Position numbers and translations under genes: made by a program. Below the pieces are notes generated by a model. It was not told where the DNA came from, did not search any database, and saw only the letters and a program-made list of their open reading frames with translations. Below are positions 56,370 to 64,000 of a stretch of 64,000 nucleotides of DNA, piece by piece (within the stretch, counting starts at the first letter, position 1; every line of letters begins with the position of its first letter). This DNA is from Thecamonas trahens ATCC 50062 (Eukaryota > Protista > Apusomonadida). Location: contig NW_013657673.1 in the NCBI RefSeq assembly GCF_000142905.1, positions 248,001-312,000 of the forward strand, in the 5' to 3' direction.

Positions 56370-57245
56370 TCAGAGACTGGAGAAGACCGGCACCGACTTG
56401 GTGAGATGGCCCATGACCGAAGCGGCGACGTCGGGTGACTGGGTGGCGAGCGCGTTGAATGTCGCCACGTACTTGAGGCCTTGCTGCACCGAGAGCTCGG
56501 CAGACGTGTTGAGCACGTCCTTGGTGCCGGCCACAACCAGCGGCGAGAGTGCGGCGATGGATGCGGCCATGTCGAGACCGGCGGCGAGGGCCTCGTCGCG
56601 GGTCGTGTGAACGGCGGAGAAGAGGCCAGCGGCATGGGCCTCGGCGGCCTCCATGCGGCGGCCGGTGAGCGCAAGCTCACGAACAAGCGAAGCCGAGCCG
56701 ATGATGCGCGGAAGACGCTGCAGCGTGCCGAGGTCGGCGACAATGCCGATCTTGACCTCTGCCACCGAGATCCAGGCGTCGGCGGCGGCGATGCGAATGT
56801 CGGCGGCCGAGATAAGGTCAACGCCACCGCCTACGCACGCACCATGGACAACAGCGATGACCGGAACTCGGCACTCGGCAACGGCGGTAAACGCGTCCTG
56901 CCACGGCGCGACGATGTCGCGGAGGGTGGCGAGGCCATGGCGAGCGACGTCGGAAGTGCCACCGTCGTCCTCTTCGTCGTCATCGTCGCTCTCGCCATCG
57001 CGCCTGCGGCGGCCGCCCGAGGTAAAGACGCCCGCAGCCGCCTCCTTCAGATCCAAGCCAGCTGAGAACACCTTGCCTGCGCCAGAGAGAACGACAGCAC
57101 GGACGGATCGGTCCCTGGCGACGTCTGCCATGACGGCGGCGAGGTCGTCAAAGAAGGCCAGGTTCATGGCATTGAGGGCCCTTGGGCGGTTGAGTTCAAT
57201 GTGGATGACGCCCGGAGAGGGCGAGGAGGTGCGGAGGGTGTCCAT
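56370..57245 (-). CDS. ECH1: Delta3,5-delta2,4-dienoyl-CoA isomerase (crotonase family), PTS1-like C-terminus SSL
   Basis: LNRPRALNAMN, FSAGLDL, HGACVGGGVDLISAADIR, EVKIGIVADLGTLQRLPRIIG. Confidence 0.9.
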   Translation of the reverse strand: MDTLRTSSPSPGVIHIELNRPRALNAMNLAFFDDLAAVMADVARDRSVRAVVLSGAGKVFSAGLDLKEAAAGVFTSGGRRRRDGESDDDDEEDDGGTSDVARHGLATLRDIVAPWQDAFTAVAECRVPVIAVVHGACVGGGVDLISAADIRIAAADAWISVAEVKIGIVADLGTLQRLPRIIGSASLVRELALTGRRMEAAEAHAAGLFSAVHTTRDEALAAGLDMAASIAALSPLVVAGTKDVLNTSAELSVQQGLKYVATFNALATQSPDVAASVMGHLTKSVPVFSSL

Positions 57246-57327
57246 AGCAATAAGGGGGGGAGGGGGGGGGGAGAGAGAGAGAGAGAGAGAGAAGGGTAAA
57301 GGCTGGGAGAGCAAGCGAGGTGCGTGT

Positions 57328-57760
57328 CGGCAGTCGGCAGGGGCAAACGGTGAGCGGGAGGCGCATCGTTAGGCGGCAGGCGCAATCGGCGGCAGTCGGC
57401 AGGCGCAATCGGTAGGCGCAATCGGTAGGCGGCAGGCGCAATCGGCGGTAGTCGGCAGGCGCAAGCGGTGGGCGGGAGGCGCATCGTTAGGCGGCAGGCG
57501 CAATCGGCGGTAGTCGGCAGGCGCAAACGGTAGGCGGCAGGCGCAAACGGCGGCAGTCGACAGGCGCAATCGGTAGGCGGCAGGCGCAATCGGCGGTAGT
57601 CGGCAGGCGCAAACGGTAGGCGAGGGGCGCAATCGGCGGCAGCCCAATCGGTAGGCGAGGGGCGCAATCGGCGGCAGTCGGCAGGCGCAAACGGTGAGCG
57701 GGAGGCGCAATCGGTGGGCGGCAGGCGCAATCGGCGGCAGACCCAATCGGCAGTCGGCAG
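57328..57760. repeat. Complex minisatellite built on GGCGGCAGGCGCAA(T/A)C with variable 13-23 bp spacing
   Basis: About 16 GCGCAA cores plus variants; a higher-order block GGGAGGCGCATCGTTAGGCGGCAGG occurs twice. Confidence 0.93.
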
Positions 57761-57915
57761 GAAGATGCCATCCATCCATCACACGGCGGGGACAGACAGC
57801 AACCACACCAGGGAGTCAGAGACGGCTGCCACTCCAGCCACACCCACAACCACTTCTCCACCCCACTCCACCTCCTCCGCCCTACCCCTAGCCCTACCCC
57901 TACCCCCTACCCACC

Positions 57916-59259
57916 ATGGACCAGATCGTGGTCTCGACAGAAGAGTCGTCGCGGGCAGACGCGCCGACCATGCATGCCTGGGAGCTGGGCTCGGGCGCCC
58001 GAGTGCTGGCCTTCAAGCACGCGCCGGTGGCGAGCGGCGGCCTGGCCCTTATCCGCGGTCACTATGCCGTGGCGTCGCTGGCGACCAAGCCGATGCTGCA
58101 TGCGTACTCGTGGACCCGCGAGCAGGTGGGGACCAAGTCGGTGCTCCCGGCCATGGCCTCAGCGCTGGCGGCTGACGCCCGCGGCTCGCATCTTGTGGCC
58201 GGTCTGGCGACCGGAACGCTAATGGCATGGGACACGGCGACAGGTACTCTCCTGGCGTCGGTCGAGGCACACTACAAGGCCGTGACAGCCCTCGTCCTTG
58301 CTGACGACGGCTCGGTCCTGATCTCGGCCGGTGACGACGGCGCCATCGCGGTGTGGGACTGGCCCGACTTGCTCGCGCCGCGGAGCCACGACGCCGCGCC
58401 GCCTGCGCCGATCTTCCTCCTCACCCTCCACTCTCTCGGTGTCGCCGACGTGGCGCTGGGCCTCGGCGGCCGCGCCGCGCGCCTGGTCTCGGTCTCGGCC
58501 GATCGCACACTTAAGGTGTGGGACATGCTGACGGGCAAGGCCGCGGCGTCGATCCTCCTCCCCACCGCACTCAACGCCGTAGCGCTGCACCCATGCGAAA
58601 GCGCGGTTGCGGTTGGCGGCTCCAATGGGCATGTGTACTGGCTGCCGCTGGCGCCCGATGCCGCCGTCCTCCTCGACCTCGACGCGTCAGCTGTCCACAC
58701 CATGGCCGGCCACTCGGCTGAGGTCACTGCCCTGGCCTTTTCCCTCGATGGCCACACTCTGGTCTCCGGTGCCGCTGACGGCGAGATCCTGGTGTGGGAT
58801 GCGGCGACCCGCCAGCAGATCCGCTCGTACACCCAGCACATGGGCCCGGTCACAAACCTCCGCGTCATCATGCGCCCGCCGCATCTGCGCGACCTCGCGC
58901 TCTCAGTCTCGGCTCTGCCGCCGGCCGCAGACGCGCTAGCACCCTCGGACGCCTCGCGCCTCCTCCCGCTGGCCCCGTTCAAGCGGACGCTTGGCGCTGG
59001 CGCCTCGGCCGCTGCCGCCTCGGCTTCACAGTCGCTCGGTGCCACTGGCGTCATGGCTCTTCCAGTCGCCCCGTCCGCACCCTCGCTTACCCCCTCCCTC
59101 TTTTCCATCCCACGCGCCTTGACCGACAAGGCCGCAGTCATCACCAACGACCAATCTGCCCTCATCGACGCCCTTCAGGCCGAGATCGACTCGCTCAAGT
59201 CGTCCAACGCTCAGCTCTACGAGCGCGCTGTTAACGCTGTCCTGGAAGACCAGGCGTAG
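57916..59259 (+). CDS. WDR18: WDR18/Ipi3 (rixosome WD40 subunit)
   Basis: WDTATGTLLASVEAHYKAVT, ARLVSVSADRT, FSLDGHTLVSGAADG, GPVTN, LAPFKR; C-terminal coiled coil. Confidence 0.88.
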   Translation: MDQIVVSTEESSRADAPTMHAWELGSGARVLAFKHAPVASGGLALIRGHYAVASLATKPMLHAYSWTREQVGTKSVLPAMASALAADARGSHLVAGLATGTLMAWDTATGTLLASVEAHYKAVTALVLADDGSVLISAGDDGAIAVWDWPDLLAPRSHDAAPPAPIFLLTLHSLGVADVALGLGGRAARLVSVSADRTLKVWDMLTGKAAASILLPTALNAVALHPCESAVAVGGSNGHVYWLPLAPDAAVLLDLDASAVHTMAGHSAEVTALAFSLDGHTLVSGAADGEILVWDAATRQQIRSYTQHMGPVTNLRVIMRPPHLRDLALSVSALPPAADALAPSDASRLLPLAPFKRTLGAGASAAAASASQSLGATGVMALPVAPSAPSLTPSLFSIPRALTDKAAVITNDQSALIDALQAEIDSLKSSNAQLYERAVNAVLEDQA

Positions 59260-59546
59260 TAGAGGCGAGACCCACCGTCGCCCCCCCTCCAATTACCATC
59301 TTTCCGACAAAGGCATCATCAGTCGAAAAGGCGCCTCTTGCCAAAGCGCCCTGCCGTCGCCCCACCACCCCCGCCGCCACGCCGGCGCCCCCCCAACCTG
59401 CAGCGCGCCAGCATGCCCACACCCCATAGCCTCACCCCTGCCCAGGCCCCGGTACCCCACTCACAGCATCACCCACACCCCACCACCACAACCCCCTTTG
59501 GCTTCACTCCCTCTAGCCACAGCCACCCACCCCACACCCACACACC

Positions 59547-61245
59547 ATGGCTGTACGCCCTCCCACTTCCCCCTTCCGCCCCCGGCCCCCGACCCCACCC
59601 CACCACGACTCACGTCCTCTTCCCCCCCCCCCTCCCCACCCTCTGCCCATCACAGTCCGCCCAGGCCCCCTTTGCCACCGACGCAGCCTACTCGCCGCAA
59701 CGGTGGGACGCAGACCGTGGTGTGGCGCCCACCCCGGCCCCTGGCCCTGCTGCTGGATACAGCACGAGCTACAGTCAGCACAACGACAACGACTACGACT
59801 ACGGCCAGCACAACGACTACTATGCTGCTACTGCCGCTCCCGCGCCCCGGGCGGCGGCCAACCGCGCGGCCACGCCACCGCCACGCACCGTTGCCGTCCG
59901 AGACGCGCACGCATCGTCGGGCAACCCGCTAGTCTGGCGCCCGGCTGGCGCGCGCGACTACGATCCGCAGCTGGACTGCCTCGAGACTGCCAACAGACAA
60001 GCGCGGAGGACCCGCGAGCGGCGTCATGTGCCCGGCGATGACCGCCCGGCATATCTCACCTCACCATATGCCTCCACTGAGCCCGGATTTACCGCGCCGT
60101 ACGACGTGGCGTATGTCAGTGACAGAGATACCACTGCGCGCCAAGCCATGCCGGAGGTGGACTACGGCTTTGGCCACCGCTCTGCGCTCGACGCCGAGCG
60201 CAGGATGACCGCCGCTGACGCGCCCAATGCAGATCTTTGGCACGCAGACCACAACCCGTTGGTGTGGGCACCCAACTCGCGACCCGACGCAGCTGCCCGC
60301 GCCGCGCAGGCTGCCGAGCTTGACGCTGCTCGCCGGGCTCGAACACACACCCGCGGCATGCGCCACTACGCTGGCCACGATCGCGCCCCGCCCGGCTCGC
60401 CGCCGCACGCTACTGCCCCGTACGCCACCGAGGCACACAACGCCCAGGCCTACTGGGACGCAGGTATGGAGACGCCATCCCGCACCGTCGACGACTCGAC
60501 TGCCGGGTACAACTCCCGCGCCGCGTCGTCGCACGGCTACTCGGTGGCTGCCGCACTGCACTCACAGCCTTCATCTTCGTCGTCTGATCTTGTTGCTCGG
60601 CTGCAAGAGGAGCAGGCCGCTGCAGCACGCAGGCAGGCAGCTCAAGCCGAGGAGCAGGCCGCACGCCAGGCGCCGCCGGCACGCCCGCAAACAGCACAGG
60701 CGGCAGCACCCAGGCCGCGCTCACCACAGGAGCTCAACGCCTTTGGCTACCCACCCGGGCCGATGGACCGCTACCTCGTTGAGCTCGAAAAGACTGGCCC
60801 GTCGCAGTACGCCTCCGAGTTCCGCACCTACACCCCTTCCGAAATGGTCGAATACTCTGGCGTGGCGTACCGCCACCAGCCGCTCAAGCGGTACGTCGTC
60901 GACGAGCCAACCGACTACCGTTCCACCTACCAGATCATGGCTTCCGCGGTCCCAGATCCAGTCTCGCACTCGCCGCGCCCGGCCACTGCCCACGGTGCGC
61001 CATCTGAGGTTACTGCTCGCACCCACAAGGAGCGCGGTTCCCGCCGTGCCTGGTACGACCAGCCGGGCATGGCCGGCCGCGCCCTTGTTCGTGAGCCCAA
61101 CGACCCACCGCCGAGCGAGATCTACGTCACTGAGGCCAAAGCCAACTTTACTGCTGATGCGCTCAACAAGCCCAAGGCCCGCTCCAGTGCTCCGTTTCGC
61201 AACCGCTTCAAGTCTGCTGCCTCGCGCGGGCCGCTCATGATCTAG
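59547..61245 (+). CDS. Disordered repeat protein, candidate microtubule-inner/SAXO-like protein; intron 59553-59655
   Basis: ATG GCT|GTACGC...CAG|TCC splices in frame. Internal repeats P(F/Y)A(T/S)x and NPLVW; C-terminal Y.SEF, YRSTY and YVTE motifs. Confidence 0.65.
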
Positions 61246-61287
61246 TAGGTAGGCAAATGATCTAAACATCTCCACCCGCTCAAAAGC

Positions 61288-61776
61288 TCAGTGGTCGGCG
61301 GTCGTTGTCGTTGCTGACGTGGCCGATCGCCCCGAGTCCGATGCGGCCTCGCCGCCACGCGAAGCCGAGCGGGCAACGAGAACCGCCGCGTGCCCGCCCG
61401 TGTCCGGGTGCGGCTGCCACGCCGGCGCGCCAGGCTCGACCATGACCCAGCCGTTGCGGACCATAGCCTCAGCCTCGCGGCTAAAGCAGCCACGGCCGAC
61501 AACTGCGGCGTGAGCTTCTGGTTCGTCGACGCGCCACGCGCCGTAGCCCACCTGGCCGGGCCGGCGACTTTGAGTGCGGAGCTCGCTGCCGGGCGCCGGG
61601 GTGGCCAGCCCGGTTGCCAACGCCACCACTGCCGATGACTGGCCGTACACTGCATGCTGGCGTCTGCGGCGCAAAAGCTCGTCCTCGTCATCACTGCTGC
61701 TCGTCGGGCATCCTGTCCTTGGATCCAGTCCCAGGCTTGCCCGCTGCGCCCGTGCCTCCGCTGCTCGCAGCCGCAT
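61288..61776 (-). CDS. Possible small hypothetical protein
   Basis: 162-aa ORF fills the gap between the USP-like stop and the convergent gene; no recognisable motif. Confidence 0.3.
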   Translation of the reverse strand: MRLRAAEARAQRASLGLDPRTGCPTSSSDDEDELLRRRRQHAVYGQSSAVVALATGLATPAPGSELRTQSRRPGQVGYGAWRVDEPEAHAAVVGRGCFSREAEAMVRNGWVMVEPGAPAWQPHPDTGGHAAVLVARSASRGGEAASDSGRSATSATTTTADH

Positions 61777-61814
61777 GTCCCGGCAACGGCGTCAGGTGAC
61801 GGTTACTGGACATT

Positions 61815-64000
61815 TTACTCGTCGCCCGAGGACGACGACGAGTCGACGTCAAACTCGGCGATGGTGAGCGCGTGCTCCACATACCGCATACGGGCTGAAG
61901 CCTTGCGGGTTGACGAGACCGGCCCATTGTCGCCGCCGCGACTACGCGGCTTGGGCTTGGGCTGCCGATGCGCAGAGAGGTCGCCTGTGCGAGAAGCCAC
62001 AAACGCCTCGACATCATCATCGCACCCGGGCACCACCACCACCACGTCGCCGTGCCGAACTACGTACGGCGCTCGAAGGATGCAGTCAGCGAGCCCACGC
62101 TCGTCGGCGTCAATGACCGAGGCTGGAGCCTCCTCGCCGGCGTCCTCGGCCCGAGCAGCGGCGACAACCGTCTGATGCGCTGCGGCGTGGTGGACCGTTG
62201 GAGGGAGCGGCGTCCAGCTGTTGCTCCGGTGGTGGTACTTGACCAGCCGGGCCGACGCCGCACTGGCAGTGATACTTGGGTAGGCAGTCTCGATGGCTGC
62301 CGCAAGCGCAGCTGCGGTCACAGTCTTGGACGACGAATCCTTGGCCACCACCACCGGACCGACGGCTTCAAACGGCGCCGCAACATCCGCCACCTTGTAG
62401 ATGTAGATCAGCGTTGACGCCTTGGTGACCACCAACGGTGCGTCGACAACATGAACTGAGAGGCAGCTGTTGCTTAGCTTGGAGACCTGCTTGTTGTTGC
62501 CGACTTGCAGGCTTGCCTGTGAGAAACGAGCACTTGGTTCGGATCCACGTCCGGCACCGCTGCAGCCTTGAGCTGGAGCAGTGTCGACCGCGACGAGAGC
62601 ACCACCTCGCCCATCTCTTCAAACAGCGAGTGGCCACGGGTGTCGAACCTATTTCTCTGCAGGTAGTATGCTGGCGAAAAGAGCCCGAGCTCGCACGTCG
62701 GTGGCTCTTCCGGCGTCGCGGAGGAAGCGTCGTTGTCGTCGTCACCGTCGCTCTTGGATGCATCGCCGGCAACGACAACTGGCGGCGCTCCAGACGGGAG
62801 GCCGGTAAAGTTGACGAGTGAGATCGAGATCTGAGTCTCCTTCTTCGCCTCCTTGCCCTTCTCCAGAACGACCAAGTCGTTTGGCTCCAGCGAGAGCGCG
62901 TCGACGAGTCCCAGATTCTGGTTCAGCTGTCCGCTGCGAGTCACCTCGCGCCTGACGTTCGTCTTATGCAACCGGTAGCCCTTCGGCGAGACGCCTGCCA
63001 GCGCCGCCATTCGCGACTTGACTGCAGAGATCTTGGCTGTTGCTGGCACAACGACGGTGTAGACAGTCTCAGAGGATGAGATGGCCTCTCGACTGCGGGC
63101 TTTGCGGACGACAAACTGCAACGCAATGTCATCGCGGTCTTCAGTCGCGGGCTCAACAAGCAGCGTTTGGCCAGACTCGATTCCGACGTCCAGCAGTGTT
63201 GCCTTAGTTTTGCGAACAACCGGGCCGGGGAACGCTCCGCTCACCACCTTGCGAATCTGGAGCTTTGCTCCCGTGAGCGACGAGAGGTCGACACCACATC
63301 CGCCTTCGGCCGCGGTCGTCCCGCGCTCGACGAGCTCGGCAGCAAGACGGTCGAGGAGACTACCAACCGTGAGGTGGTGGGAGAGCGTGATGGGCCACGT
63401 GATGCGCTCATCAGGCTCGGCCGAGGCCGCCGACGGTCCGGAGACCCCGTCCCAGATGGCCAGAGTAAGCTGCGAAGAGAGCAGCTCGTATTCTTCGATG
63501 GCCAGTGAGTCAGGCCGGTAGACCGGACCAACCAAGGCTTCGGCGGCCAGCTTCTTCACGCCACTGAGCTCGTCGTCGACAAGCCGGCCCGGGTTGGTGA
63601 GTGGACGGATGCCGACGGCGTCGTACTTGCAGAGCAAGAGGTCGTTGGCTGCAAGCGTGGTCGAACCAGCAACAAGCGCCTTGAGCGCGCTGACGGTCTG
63701 ATCCGAGCTGATAGTCACCGAAAAGGTTGACTTGGTCATCGGCTCACCAGCCACAAAGTAGGTGACGTCAAAGGTCAGATCGCGCACCCGCTTGACATCT
63801 GGCAACGAGCCCGAGTATGCCACACCGTTGACTTCGGTCCCTGTCCACGCCAAGAGCTCGACTGGGCCATCAATGCCGACATCACAGAGTGACGGTGACA
63901 ACTCACCCTCATCAGCCTCAACAACCTTGACCAGCTTGAACATGGCATCCACAACCTGGACAATGTCAAGACGCGGATGGGTAGAGTCCAGCTCGGCGCG
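61815..64000 (-). CDS. C-terminal tandem ubiquitin-like region of a USP40/USP47-like deubiquitinase (partial, runs off the window); frameshift at about 62525
   Basis: Repeated beta-grasp-like units (ISSDQTVSALKALVA, LSHHLTVGSL, TLLDVGIESGQTLLVE, GDVVVV) and terminal RYVEHALTI. The catalytic domain is not in the window. Confidence 0.6.

Noticed and set aside
57164-57861. Repetitive ORFs (PTADCACRL/RLRLPP) over the 57-kb array
   Set aside because: Several frames are open simply because the GC-rich repeat lacks stop codons; variable unit length does not preserve frame.

Overview
GC-rich, gene-dense eukaryotic nuclear DNA with about 31 protein-coding genes. It is not prokaryotic: it has GT-AG spliceosomal introns, nucleoporins, WDR5, a kinesin and ciliary genes. 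The compact layout, sparse 5'-biased introns and flagellar genes suggest a flagellated protist, plausibly an apusomonad such as Thecamonas (inference only). Recognisable genes: APE2-like endonuclease, CH-domain protein, glutaredoxin-like protein, TMEM237, spartin-like protein, Nup214/159, FERM protein, RNF126-like E3, MYND protein, GNL3/Nug1, PNUTS, CLPTM1, SF-assemblin-like protein, WDR5, Nup107, nucleoredoxin-PUB-STI1 fusion, EH-TBC fusion, kinesin, GST kappa, Kv channel, Ariadne, zinc-finger Nudix, ECH1, WDR18 and the tail of a USP-like protein. I found no rRNA, tRNA, CRISPR array or transposase. Most notable: a Nup214 whose FG repeats are largely replaced by cationic GGFK/GGFNL repeats and which carries a 370/372-nt tandem duplication; minisatellites located at divergent gene heads; several unusual domain fusions; and about 14 frameshifts, each repairable by adding one base, nearly all in a homopolymer run (most likely sequencing error). 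No single operon-like novel system is supported.
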